64,000 bases of DNA from a bacterium (GTDB taxonomy: Bacteria; Verrucomicrobiota; Verrucomicrobiia; Limisphaerales; UBA11358): the NCBI GenBank assembly GCA_021817945.1, contig JAKAFL010000003.1:33664-97663 (forward strand), written 5' to 3'. This document shows positions 11,465-20,981 of the stretch, piece by piece. The notes beneath the pieces were generated by a model. It had not been told where the DNA came from and did not search any database. It was given only the letters and a program-made list of their open reading frames with translations. Positions within the stretch are counted from its first letter, which is position 1. Each line of letters begins with the position of its first letter. The position numbers were made by a program, and so were the translations under genes.

Positions 11465-13900
11465 TCAATCGTGACTCTGCAATGTCACCTTGCCTGCCAC
11501 CAAACCTGGCGAACTGGCTTGAATGGTGATTTGCCCGGAATCTCCGGTGGTTTGCAAAATGGCCAGTCCCCGCCCCTGAAAGGCGCGATGCCGGTTGGCC
11601 TTCTCATTTTCCACATCATTCAAATCCGCATTTCCAAGCCCCAGCAGCCTGACTGGACCTGTCAGAGCGAAAGTCACCTCCGGCGTGGCATCCGGCACAC
11701 GCACCCCTTGCGCATCCACAATGCGATATTCAAGGTTGCAGATATCCTTTCCGTCGGGGCGCAGGTGCGTGGCATCTGGAAGCAGTTGGATCCTTGCGGG
11801 AGGTCCGGAGGTTTGCAAAGCGTAATGACAGAGGGCTTTTCCACTCATGTCCCTGCCGGTTGCCTCTATTTTTCCAGGTTCATAGGGGATTTCCCAATGC
11901 AAGATGCCTTGGACAGCCTCGGACAATTTTTTATCGCCCACGGTCCTGCCATTCAGGGTGAGGGTGACTTCCGGAGTGTTGGCAAAACAAAGAATGGCCA
12001 CGTCCGAATTCGATGGCCAGTTCCAGCTTTCAACTCCTCCCCACCCCCTCCTTCTGCTCCTTCCGATCATTCCGCAGATGTACACCATGGGTTTGTCGCT
12101 CCAAAGACTTTGCCGGAACCAGCCTGACGGCTTTTTGAATCCGCACAGGTCCAGCAACCCTGGGCCACTTGCCCGGTTGGGCCATTCATTCGCTTCCCCC
12201 AGATAGTCCGCGCCCGTCCAAAGAAATTGCCCTGAAATGTACTCATTATCCCGCACCGCCAGCCAGGCACTGTATTGGTGGCTGGTTTCGCTCCCAAAAA
12301 TGATGCGCCCAGGATAGTTGCGGTGATCCATGGCATACCGCCATTCCTGATAATTATAGCCATCCGCATCCAGCATTCCGGCCAATCCAACCGCATCCGA
12401 CATGGAAACGGTCGCCAATGCAGCCGTGACAGGACGCGTGGCATCCAGCGCCTTTACTGCGGCTATTAAAGGCCGGGCAAGCAAGACCAGGTTTTTCGCG
12501 GAGGGATTGTGAGGACGATATTCCGCGCCAAGCACCGGGTCGGAAAATGGGTCATTGGCAAAATCTATTTCATTGCCAATGCTCCAAAGAATGATGCTGG
12601 GATGGTTGCGGTCGCGCCGAACCATGTCGGAAATATCCGTGACTGCCCACTGGGCAAATTCCTCCCCATAACCGAAATGGCTGGGCTGGCCGCGATTCAC
12701 CCCGGTCACCCATTTGTTTTTCCCCGGGGTCCATTCGTCAAATGCCTCGTCCATCACCAGGAAACCGAGCCGGTCGCACAAATCCAACAAGCCTGGATCG
12801 GGAGGATTATGGCTGGTGCGAATGGCATTCACCCCTATTTCCTTCAAGGCAAGCAGCCTGCGCTCCAAGACCTTGTCCGGAACGGCGGCTCCTATCGCCC
12901 CGGCATCGTGATGCAGGCAGACCCCCTTGATTTTCATGCTTTTTCCGTTCAGGAAAAATCCCCGCTCCGGGTCAAAATGCGCCTCGCGAATGCCGAATAC
13001 CGTCGTCACTTCGTCCACGCATTTGCCGCCCACAGTGATCCTGCTGACGGCGCGGTATAATTGGGGATCCTGCACATTCCACATTTGGGGATGGAGCACG
13101 GTGAGTTGCTGCACGGAATCGCAACTGGATGGATGGCTATTCAAACCGTTTGGCGGGCTGGCTTTTCCACCGCCCCTGGCCGTGGCCACGCAAGAACCGT
13201 CCGGCGCAAGGATTTTTGTTTCCAGCGCAAAAAACTGAACTGTCGGATAATTGTTTTCCACCCTGGTTTCCACGCGCACGGACGCCGCCTCAACGCCGAC
13301 CTGCGGCGTGGTGATACAAACCCCCCAATGAGCCACGTGAAGTTGGTTCGCGACCACCAGCCTGACATTCCGGTAAATGCCGGAGCCGGTGTAATAGCGC
13401 GAATCAGCAAACCGGGAATGATCCACCCGCACAGAAACCACGTTGCCGCCTTCCCCAAAATTCAAGTATGGCGTCAAATCGCACTGAAAACTTGAATAGC
13501 CAAAAGGCCGCGCTCCGACGAACTGGCCGTTGACCCACACCTCCGCCCCCTCATACACACCATCAAACTCGATTGAAACCGACTTGCCAGCCATGCCCTG
13601 GTCCAGCAGGAAATGCTTGCGGTACCACCCTATGCCACCGGGGGCATACCCCGTGCCACTGGCCAGTGAGGCGCTGAAGGGCCCGTCGCTGCTCCAGTCA
13701 TGCGGCAAAACAACCGGTTGCCAGTCACTGTCATCGAATCCTGCCATCATTGCAGATGAAAAATCCCCGAGCTTAAAAAGCCAGCCGCCGTCAAAGTCCG
13801 TCACTTGTCGAACCTCCCCGGCCTGGATTGGATCGGGCAACAAAAACAGCAGTAAAAGGAGCAGAAGGAGCATTGCTTGCGCAAAGGTGGATCGAATCAT
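11465..13900 (-). CDS. Glycoside hydrolase family 2 (beta-galactosidase-like), secreted
   Basis: Signal-like N-terminus (LLLLLLLLLFLLP), then DWQPVVLPHDWS, GIGWYRKHF, FDGVYEGAEVWVNGQFVG, NAIRTSHNPP and HPSIILWSIGNE (GH2 acid/base region). Confidence 0.9.
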   Translation of the reverse strand: MIRSTFAQAMLLLLLLLLFLLPDPIQAGEVRQVTDFDGGWLFKLGDFSSAMMAGFDDSDWQPVVLPHDWSSDGPFSASLASGTGYAPGGIGWYRKHFLLDQGMAGKSVSIEFDGVYEGAEVWVNGQFVGARPFGYSSFQCDLTPYLNFGEGGNVVSVRVDHSRFADSRYYTGSGIYRNVRLVVANQLHVAHWGVCITTPQVGVEAASVRVETRVENNYPTVQFFALETKILAPDGSCVATARGGGKASPPNGLNSHPSSCDSVQQLTVLHPQMWNVQDPQLYRAVSRITVGGKCVDEVTTVFGIREAHFDPERGFFLNGKSMKIKGVCLHHDAGAIGAAVPDKVLERRLLALKEIGVNAIRTSHNPPDPGLLDLCDRLGFLVMDEAFDEWTPGKNKWVTGVNRGQPSHFGYGEEFAQWAVTDISDMVRRDRNHPSIILWSIGNEIDFANDPFSDPVLGAEYRPHNPSAKNLVLLARPLIAAVKALDATRPVTAALATVSMSDAVGLAGMLDADGYNYQEWRYAMDHRNYPGRIIFGSETSHQYSAWLAVRDNEYISGQFLWTGADYLGEANEWPNRASGPGLLDLCGFKKPSGWFRQSLWSDKPMVYICGMIGRSRRRGWGGVESWNWPSNSDVAILCFANTPEVTLTLNGRTVGDKKLSEAVQGILHWEIPYEPGKIEATGRDMSGKALCHYALQTSGPPARIQLLPDATHLRPDGKDICNLEYRIVDAQGVRVPDATPEVTFALTGPVRLLGLGNADLNDVENEKANRHRAFQGRGLAILQTTGDSGQITIQASSPGLVAGKVTLQSHD

Positions 13901-14033
13901 TCCCCACCACGTTTGTCATAGATCAAAAAAAAGACAAGGGGGAATCAATCATAACGGGTTGCCGAAAATTTCCGGCCTCTTCCCGTACCCCACTGGCTTG
14001 ACCTTTTTACATTCCGCGCCAGAGTATGACTGC

Positions 14034-14726
14034 ATGAAAACAGCGCTGGTCACGGGTGCAAGCAAGGGAATAGGACGCGAGGTTGCCTTGCAATTGGCAG
14101 TCAAGGGATTCCAGGTCTTTGTATGCGCCCGGAACACAGATGCCGGAACAGAAACCGCCCGGGCCATTTTGAGCCGGGGTGGAAAAGCCGCTTTTTTGGA
14201 AATGGACGTCGCCAACCCTGGCGTGGTGTCGGAGGCGGCGCGAAATCTTGCAAAACACACGGATCATTTGGATGTGCTCATCAACAATGCGGCCATCAAA
14301 CTGGATGGCGATGCTGAAATGCTGGCCATGAGCGAAGCGGTATTTCAGGAAACCCTGCAGACAAACACCATGGGTCCATGGCGTGTTTGCAAGGCTTTCT
14401 CCGCCTTGCTGGCCAGAAGCAAGGCCCCGCGCATCATCAATGTGTCCAGCGGCGGCGGACAACTTGCTGATGGAGCCGGCGGCTGGGCGCCCGCTTATTG
14501 CATTTCAAAAACGGCCCTCAATGCTGTGACATCACAGTTGGCCGTTGCCATGCCAAATGCCGCCATCAACTCAGTTTGCCCGGGTTGGGTCAGGACGGAC
14601 ATGGGCGGAAATGAGGCACCCCGCTCGGTTCAACAAGGTGCCGACACCATCGTCTGGCTTGCCTCCGAGGCCCCGCAGTCCCTCACCGGCAAATTCCTGC
14701 GCGACCGTCAAATCATCCCCTGGTAA
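14034..14726 (+). CDS. Short-chain dehydrogenase/reductase (SDR)
   Basis: I trimmed the 13530..14726 ORF to the in-frame ATG at 14034 (MKTALVTGASKGIGREV). It carries a TGxxxGxG NAD(P) motif, NNAA, and YCISKTALN (YxxxK). The upstream part of the track ORF is antisense to the GH2 gene. Confidence 0.85.
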   Translation: MKTALVTGASKGIGREVALQLAVKGFQVFVCARNTDAGTETARAILSRGGKAAFLEMDVANPGVVSEAARNLAKHTDHLDVLINNAAIKLDGDAEMLAMSEAVFQETLQTNTMGPWRVCKAFSALLARSKAPRIINVSSGGGQLADGAGGWAPAYCISKTALNAVTSQLAVAMPNAAINSVCPGWVRTDMGGNEAPRSVQQGADTIVWLASEAPQSLTGKFLRDRQIIPW

Positions 14727-14755
14727 TCCATACAGCGGTATCCGGGACATTTTTA

Positions 14756-14916
14756 CCTGAAAAGCGAAATTGAAATGGTCAAGATGCGGCAAGATGCTGG
14801 AGCGGAAACTCTTTGAAATAATCGAAACCATACCCAAAGCGGTCTGGTGAGATTTTTCCAAATAGTTTGCGCCCGGTAGATTGGAGCAGATTGGCCTTTT
14901 GAATTTCATTTTCGGG
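14756..14916 (+). repeat. Palindromic dispersed repeat (MITE/REP-like), copy A
   Basis: cctgaaaagcgaaattgaaatgg...ccttttgaatttcattttcggg. Colinear with copies B-F. It lies between convergent gene ends. Confidence 0.85.
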
Positions 14917-15176
14917 TTAAAAGCGCCCGATGGGAACGTCCCCATCAATACTTGGGCAAAATTTTCTGGCGCTCGTCAAAAGTCGCAGCGGGCATGCGGC
15001 CGCGATACCGTTCTTTCATGGCTGCGCAAGGCCTCATTTTCGGAAAAGAGGCGCGGATAAGGCGACCCGTAGATTGTCGTGGCCACGAAACCGGCCAGCG
15101 GAAGGGCAAAGGAAATCTCCACGCTATGGAAATGATCCCAAAGCCAGCCCATCAGCACCGCCAGAATGGAATTGAA

Positions 15177-15764
15177 TCAGGCCAAATCCGCACTCAGGGC
15201 CACATAGGCCTGTTGCGCAGATGAAAGATCGCCCGTCTGAAGGGCGTTGAGCAAGTTTTGATAATCCGTGCCAATTTGGCTGTTGTTGCCAAAGGAGGAT
15301 GCCTGGATGGCATTCAAGGCTGTCAAGGCGCTGGAAAGATTACCCGATTGCAGGGCGCTCCCAACGCTTTGCAAATATTCCGCCGCCTGGCCCAGGTTTG
15401 CCTGGCTTGAACCAGACTGATTGGCCCCGCTCGTGGAGGACGATTTCGATTTCCTGAGGTCCGTTTTCAAGCTGGTGAGAGCCTTTTCAGCACCGGAAAT
15501 GTTGCCCGACTGAACGGAACTCACCAGGTTCTGATAAGCGGAATTCGCCTGGCTGTTGTTGCCAAAGGGTTGATTCGACGAGGTCTGGGAATTGCCCTGC
15601 AACTGTTTTTGCAGGTTTGCCAGGGCGCTTTGGGCCTCCGAAACATTGCCGGATTCCAATGCGCTGCCCACCGCCTGAAGCCCCTTCATCAAGGGGTTGG
15701 CCGCACTTGTATTGTTAGGCTGGTAAAAATAACCAGTTGAAGACAAGCTAGATACGCTGCTCAT
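15177..15764 (-). CDS. Q/S/N-rich protein with four degenerate repeats of roughly 27 aa (...SALQSGN(L/V/I)S.A..AL..L...); function unknown
   Basis: The repeats are LQAVGSALESGNVSEAQSALANLQ, YQNLVSSVQSGNISGAEKALTSLK, LQSVGSALQSGNLSSALTALNAIQ and YQNLLNALQTGDLSSAQQAYVALS. I prefer the ATG at 15764 (MSSVSSLSS, preceded by AGGAAA) over the track start at 15902. Confidence 0.55.
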   Translation of the reverse strand: MSSVSSLSSTGYFYQPNNTSAANPLMKGLQAVGSALESGNVSEAQSALANLQKQLQGNSQTSSNQPFGNNSQANSAYQNLVSSVQSGNISGAEKALTSLKTDLRKSKSSSTSGANQSGSSQANLGQAAEYLQSVGSALQSGNLSSALTALNAIQASSFGNNSQIGTDYQNLLNALQTGDLSSAQQAYVALSADLA

Positions 15765-16215
15765 AAATTTTTCCTGGTTTTCGTTCAGACCACTTGAGCC
15801 GATTTTTATCCACCACTGCATTTCTGTAATCGGATTAAAAGGTCTAAACTTGAGGGAAAAATGATCTTTGGGCCCACAAAAACTGTCTGAAAATAGAATC
15901 ATTCAACAATCCGCTTATGCCATGGGCAAGATCGGTCCAATAAAACGGAAATCCACATATTTGTTGAAACAGGAAGATCAGCCACAGGATAGCTCTGGAA
16001 GGATGTATTTACACCAAACCCCGCCAAACACCAAACCCACTCGCCCCAACCGCCTGACACGTTTTTTAAAACATTCTCGATCGGGGAAATCCAGAAAAGA
16101 TGGGGACTGGGATTTGACCAAAACCTGGGTGGGACAAACATTACCCAGTAAGGCTGTTCAGTGGAAACGGTGTTCGCCTTGCCGAAAGGCCCGTTGATTG
16201 GCACATTTCAGGGGA

Positions 16216-17388
16216 ATGCGCGATTACTTTCGTGACTGGATTGAAAAGGTGGAGACCTTCATCCTGCAGGTGATTTTTGAGGAACGCCATGATTGGCGGG
16301 CCAGGTGCACCCGGGCAGGGCTCTTTTTGGGATCCAAACTTTTTCAAGTCCTGGTCGTCATCAGGCGCTGGCTTTACAATGTTCGCATCCTGAGGGACAA
16401 AACGCTGGGAGTGCAGGTCATCGCCATTGGCAATCTGACAGTGGGCGGCACGGGAAAAACCCCGGTTGTGGAAAAATTTGCCCGGGAATTGCGCGATGCC
16501 GGTCGAAACGTGGCTATCTTATCGCGCGGCTACCGCTCCAAGCCGGTCGCCCTCCACACCAAATTTTTGAACAAGATTCTACTGCGCGAGGACCAGACAC
16601 CGCCCCGGATCGTGTCCGATGGGAAAAATCTTCTTCTGGATTCCAATATGGCCGGCGATGAACCTTACATGCTGGCATCCAATCTCAAGGATGTGGTGGT
16701 GCTGGTGGACAAGGACCGCGTGAAAAGCGGGCGCTACGCCATTGAAAAATTTGGGTGCGACACCCTGTTGCTGGATGACGGGTTTCAATACTGGGATTTG
16801 CGTGGTCGGAGGCATGATGTGGTCCTGATAGACCGGCAGCAGCCTTTTGGAAATGAACACCTCCTGCCAAGGGGGACCCTGCGCGAGCCCCCCGCGCATC
16901 TTGCACGCGCCCAAACCATCTTCATCACCAAAAGCGATGGCAACACGGCGGCCCTCAGGCAACGCATTGCCCAGTTCAATCAGACGGCCGCCATTATTGA
17001 GTGCGTTCACCAGCCGCTTTATTTTGAGGATGTTTTCAGCGGGGAGCGAATGGGGCTGGATTTTCTGCGCGGACGCAAGGTGGCCTCCCTCAGCGGCATC
17101 GCGCAGCCGGAAAGTTTCGAGCAAAGCCTGGTTCGCCTGGGCAGCGAACTGGTGTACGCCAAACGCTTTGCGGACCATCACCGCTTTACGCAGCAGGAAA
17201 TTTTGAATGCCATCAACCGCGGGAAAAAACGCCTGGCCCAGTTGATTATCACCACCCAGAAAGACGCCGTCCGGTTCCCTAAAATTGATCGCAGGGACCT
17301 TCCCATTTATTTCATGCGCGTGGAAATACGGATCGTGGCTGGCGCCAACGATTTTCAGGATTGTGTGCGCAAGATTTGCTTCCGTTGA
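16216..17388 (+). CDS. lpxK: Tetraacyldisaccharide 4'-kinase
   Basis: [16 protein letters not shown]-loop, followed by AILSRGYRS and LLDDGFQ. The track start at 16198 is a TTG; the first ATG is at 16216. Confidence 0.9.
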   Translation: MRDYFRDWIEKVETFILQVIFEERHDWRARCTRAGLFLGSKLFQVLVVIRRWLYNVRILRDKTLGVQVIAIGNLTVGGTGKTPVVEKFARELRDAGRNVAILSRGYRSKPVALHTKFLNKILLREDQTPPRIVSDGKNLLLDSNMAGDEPYMLASNLKDVVVLVDKDRVKSGRYAIEKFGCDTLLLDDGFQYWDLRGRRHDVVLIDRQQPFGNEHLLPRGTLREPPAHLARAQTIFITKSDGNTAALRQRIAQFNQTAAIIECVHQPLYFEDVFSGERMGLDFLRGRKVASLSGIAQPESFEQSLVRLGSELVYAKRFADHHRFTQQEILNAINRGKKRLAQLIITTQKDAVRFPKIDRRDLPIYFMRVEIRIVAGANDFQDCVRKICFR

Positions 17389-17396
17389 AAAATCAA

Positions 17397-18266
17397 ATGA
17401 ACCGGCTTCTCTACTGGGCGGGGCGCGCCCTGATAGCCTTCGTGCAGGCGATGCCCCTGCGGCTCGTGGCCCGTGCGGGTCGAGCCGGCGGCATGGCGGC
17501 TTATTATCTGGATGGTCGGCACCGCCGTGTCGTCAGCCACAACCTCCAGCACTGTTTTGGAAGGCAACAATCCCCTGAATCACTCAAAAACCTGGCCCGG
17601 GAACATTTCCGGCGTGTGGGTGAAAATTACCTTTGCGCGGTCAAGACCGCATCCATGTCCGCCCATGACCTGGCCCCTCATTTGGAATTCACCGGCACGC
17701 ATCATCTTCTGGACAAACCAGGATGTCCCCCACTCCAGAGTTGCGTGGTGGCCATTGGTCACTTCGGCAATTTTGAGCTTTATGCCCGCCTGCAACAGGT
17801 GCTTCCCTCCTACTCTTGCGCTGCCACCTACCGGGAGTTGAAGCAACCCGCCATGAACCGGCTCATGATGGAACTGCGCTCTACTTCCGGCTGCCACTTT
17901 TTTGAACGGCGCCGGGATGGCGCAGCCCTCCGCACCCTCTTGAACAAACCCGGAATGATCCTCGGCCTCCTGGCAGACCAAAGTTCCCATGGAGTCCGTA
18001 TCCCCTTTCTAGGCAGGGAATGCAACACATCCACGGCACCCGCAGTCCTGGCCTTGCGTTACAAATGCCCGCTTCATACCGCGATTTGTTATCGGGAAGA
18101 ATTGGCTCGCTGGAAAGTGGAGTTTGGCCCGGAAATCCCCACCCACCTGGCGGACCGGCCCAGGCCGGTGGAGGACATCATGCGCGATGTCAACGCTCGC
18201 TTGGAGCAGGGAGTGCTGCGCGATCCAGCCAATTGGTTCTGGGTGCATCGCCGTTGGAAGGACTAG
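17397..18266 (+). CDS. Lipid A biosynthesis (Kdo)2-lipid IVA acyltransferase-like protein (LpxL/HtrB LPLAT family)
   Basis: HFGNFE (HX4D/E-type acyltransferase motif) and a C-terminal ...DPANWFWVHRRWK typical of HtrB/MsbB-family proteins. The ATG at 17397 lies just after the lpxK stop. Confidence 0.8.
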   Translation: MNRLLYWAGRALIAFVQAMPLRLVARAGRAGGMAAYYLDGRHRRVVSHNLQHCFGRQQSPESLKNLAREHFRRVGENYLCAVKTASMSAHDLAPHLEFTGTHHLLDKPGCPPLQSCVVAIGHFGNFELYARLQQVLPSYSCAATYRELKQPAMNRLMMELRSTSGCHFFERRRDGAALRTLLNKPGMILGLLADQSSHGVRIPFLGRECNTSTAPAVLALRYKCPLHTAICYREELARWKVEFGPEIPTHLADRPRPVEDIMRDVNARLEQGVLRDPANWFWVHRRWKD

Positions 18267-18267
18267 C

Positions 18268-19398
18268 ATGCCCGCCCTACATTCATCCCCTCCCAAACGC
18301 CTGCTGATCCGGGGTGTAAACTGGCTGGGTGATGCCGTGATGACCACCCCGGCGTTGATCCGCCTGCGTGAGGCGCTGCCCGAATCCACGATTATCATGG
18401 CCACACCGCGCAAGCTGGCCGATCTCTGGCAGGACCACCCAGCGGTGGATGAAATCATCCCCTTGGAAACTGGGCAGGGGCTTCTCTCCGTGGCCAGGCT
18501 CTTCCGTGCCGCCCGGCCTGACCATGCTCTCATATTTCCCAACTCTCCCCGTTCAGCATTGGAAACCTGGCTTGCCCTTATCCCCAGGCGCACCGGATTG
18601 GCGCATTCAGGCAGGGGCTTTCTTTTAACCCAGGCCCTGCCACCGCGCGCGGATCGCATCCCCATGCGCAAACGGTCCGTGTCCGAAATCCGCCAACTCA
18701 TTATCCCCGCATCGTCACCGGCCATTCCCAACCCGCCCTGGCCTGCCCATGCCCATCAAATGCATGAATACCTTTACCTGGCTTCTGCTCTGGGTGCAAA
18801 AACCGATCCTCTGCCGCCCCGCTTGGCCGTATCGGATGCCGAGCAAACCGCCGTTCTCAGAAAATTCGGACTGGATCGTCTTTCAAAACCTGTTTTGGGA
18901 CTCAATCCCGGAGCCGAGTACGGACCCGCGAAACGTTGGCCGTTGGAAAAGTTTTTGGCTGCAGCGCGTGAAATACACCGCAAAACAGGCTGTTCATGGA
19001 TCCTGCTGGGTGGATCCAACGACTTGGCTTTGACACGCCCGATGGAAGCCGCTATTGCCACCCAACCCGGCTCGGCGCTAAATCTTGCCGGCAAAACCTC
19101 GTTAAGGGAATTGATGTGCCTACTGGCCCTGTGCCGGGTTTTGCTGACCAACGATACCGGTCCCATGCATGTGGCAGCCGCCCTGGGCACTCCAGTGGTG
19201 GTTCCTTTTGGAAGCACTTCCCCGGTGCTCACCGGCCCGGGCATGCCTGGAGAGGCCCGTCATCATCTCCTTTCCATCCACGCCCCGTGCTCACCCTGTT
19301 TCCAGCGGCAGTGCCCGATTGATTTCCGGTGCCTTCAAACCCTGCCAGAATCCATGGTGGTGTCCGCGGTGCTGGAGTCGCTCTCCCGGCCCTCTTGA
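18268..19398 (+). CDS. waaF: ADP-heptose:LPS heptosyltransferase II (GT9)
   Basis: RLLIRGVNWLGDAVMTTPA, LNPGAEYGPAKRWP and TNDTGPMHVAAALGTP closely parallel WaaF/RfaF motifs. The in-frame ATG at 18268 follows the upstream stop by 1 nt. Confidence 0.85.
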   Translation: MPALHSSPPKRLLIRGVNWLGDAVMTTPALIRLREALPESTIIMATPRKLADLWQDHPAVDEIIPLETGQGLLSVARLFRAARPDHALIFPNSPRSALETWLALIPRRTGLAHSGRGFLLTQALPPRADRIPMRKRSVSEIRQLIIPASSPAIPNPPWPAHAHQMHEYLYLASALGAKTDPLPPRLAVSDAEQTAVLRKFGLDRLSKPVLGLNPGAEYGPAKRWPLEKFLAAAREIHRKTGCSWILLGGSNDLALTRPMEAAIATQPGSALNLAGKTSLRELMCLLALCRVLLTNDTGPMHVAAALGTPVVVPFGSTSPVLTGPGMPGEARHHLLSIHAPCSPCFQRQCPIDFRCLQTLPESMVVSAVLESLSRPS

Positions 19399-19423
19399 AA
19401 TTCAGGAAGGCTTCAAGCGCTGC

Positions 19424-20338
19424 TCATTCCAAGCCCCACACACTTTGCAAATAAGCCACCCCTTTGCGCACGGCCTCCACAGGCAGCTTGGGACTTAATT
19501 CAAACACCTTGATATGCTCCGGCTTGACATGCGGACGCAATGCCGCAAAGTCAATGTTCCCCGAACCCGGCGGACAATGGTCTGTGGCGGGAAACCGCAC
19601 GTCATGTACGTGAAAGCCTGCCAGGCGCGAGCTGAGCGAGGCTAAGAAGGGTTCATGCTGGATGAATCCGAGGTTCTCCTTGATTTGCGCATGCCCACAA
19701 TCATGCCAGTAACAGGCAGTCGCGGCAGGATAGGTTTCCAACAAAGCGGAAAAATCTGATTCCAAGGGAAGTTCATGAACGGCCTCGCGGTTTTCAAAAC
19801 CCAGTTTCAACCCCAATTTTGCGGCCTCTGGAACCAGTCTCTGAAGTGATTCCCGCAGGCTTTTCATAAAGGGTTCCTTGCGAGCCTCGCGACGGGTCTT
19901 GGCCTGGTCCAAAAGCTTGAGGTAACCTGCCGTCCCCTTTTCTCCGCGCTCCAGCAAAGTCTCCAGTTTGCCCCCGTAATCCTTCAAACTCTGGCTTCCC
20001 AAATGCAAAACCACCAGCCTGGCTCCGATGCGTTGGGCAAATTCAAATGTCCTCAAGGTGTGTTTCAACGCCATCTCGCGCTCACGCGCATCCGGTGAGG
20101 TGAATTCATAGAGATTTGGCGCGGACCTGTCCACGCCCACTGGAAGCGGGCAAAAATTATGGACCGTCGCCACCTGCACCACTCCTGCCGCCACTGCATC
20201 CAGAATCCCCGCAACCAGGCTCAAACGCGTGCCGTGGCTCAATTCCACATGGCTGAAACCTAAATCGCGGATTTCTTCCAACATGGCCCGGCCATCGGTA
20301 TGTCGCTGGGAATTCCAGCAGGTCGAGAAAGCGTACAT
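19424..20338 (-). CDS. Sugar phosphate isomerase/epimerase (xylose isomerase-like TIM barrel)
   Basis: MYAFSTCWNSQRH...GFSHVELSHG...VVLHLGS...LGFEN pattern. I prefer the start at the internal ATG at 20338. Confidence 0.8.
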   Translation of the reverse strand: MYAFSTCWNSQRHTDGRAMLEEIRDLGFSHVELSHGTRLSLVAGILDAVAAGVVQVATVHNFCPLPVGVDRSAPNLYEFTSPDAREREMALKHTLRTFEFAQRIGARLVVLHLGSQSLKDYGGKLETLLERGEKGTAGYLKLLDQAKTRREARKEPFMKSLRESLQRLVPEAAKLGLKLGFENREAVHELPLESDFSALLETYPAATACYWHDCGHAQIKENLGFIQHEPFLASLSSRLAGFHVHDVRFPATDHCPPGSGNIDFAALRPHVKPEHIKVFELSPKLPVEAVRKGVAYLQSVWGLE

Positions 20339-20774
20339 GATCGTTTTTGAATCGGTCCATTTGGCCGGTCCCAATGCCGGCTCCCTTGCGGGCCTCACTC
20401 CAATGGCCACAGACCATTCATCAGAACTTGATCCCGTCCAAGGATGAATTTACACAATTCACCATGGCTCTGGGTTTCAGGTTTCCCAAACCTGATGATC
20501 CCGGTTGGCCCCCCTGCCAGCAGCCGGAATTCAACCCTGACAGACACGGCATTTGATGATTGTTTCTGCAACCAGCGGGGATTTTTTGAAACCGGCCGGC
20601 TGGATTCGGTTCTCTAACCAAATTCTGTCCCCCAGGACAGACACTTGCCAGCGCCAGCCAGCCGGTTTCTCCAAAATGATTCCAAGTCGTCCCCGCAAAT
20701 GGCCCTCCGATTTTAAAAACATGGATTTTAACCATGGAATTGGGCCGGGCCAAATGACGGATCACCGTTTCCTT

Positions 20775-20981
20775 TTAATCATCAGCATGCCGTGCGGCGA
20801 GCATGGCGGAGAATCGGGCGACCTTTTCCTTGCGCCGCCGACGTTCGCTCGGCTTTTCAAACTGGCGCCGGTTCCGGATGACTTTGAGCGTGCCTTCGCG
20901 ATCGACTTTTTTCTTAAGTCGCCGCAGGGCACGGTCCACTGGTTCGCCTTTTTTAAGTTTAATCTCTGTCAATTTACTCAC
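20775..20981 (-). CDS. rpsU: 30S ribosomal protein S21
   Basis: SKLTEIKLKKGEPVDRALRRLKKKVDREGTLKVIRNRRQFEKPSERRRRK. GTG start preceded by AAAGGAAG. Confidence 0.95.
   Translation of the reverse strand: MSKLTEIKLKKGEPVDRALRRLKKKVDREGTLKVIRNRRQFEKPSERRRRKEKVARFSAMLAARHADD

Noticed and set aside
13530-14033. N-terminal 168 codons of track ORF 13530..14726
   Set aside because: This part overlaps the GH2 gene in antisense. The SDR fold begins at the in-frame ATG at 14034 (MKTALVTGASKGIG).
15150-15179. Selenocysteine recoding at the in-frame TGA
   Set aside because: Only a 5-bp stem with an 11-nt loop follows the TGA. There is no convincing bacterial SECIS-like structure and no Sec machinery in the window.
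20421-20765. 114-aa minus-strand ORF in the rpsU-isomerase spacer
   Set aside because: It has no recognisable motif and an odd composition (G/N/P/C-rich), and it spans the strong nested hairpin. I treat it as non-coding.
20339-20774. Search for tRNA, tmRNA, SRP RNA or RNase P RNA in this and the other large spacers (30630-31369, 57045-57567)
   Set aside because: I could not find T-loop/acceptor patterns, the SRP GGAA-tetraloop helix 8 motif or RNase P conserved regions by eye. This is not a substitute for tRNAscan or Infernal.
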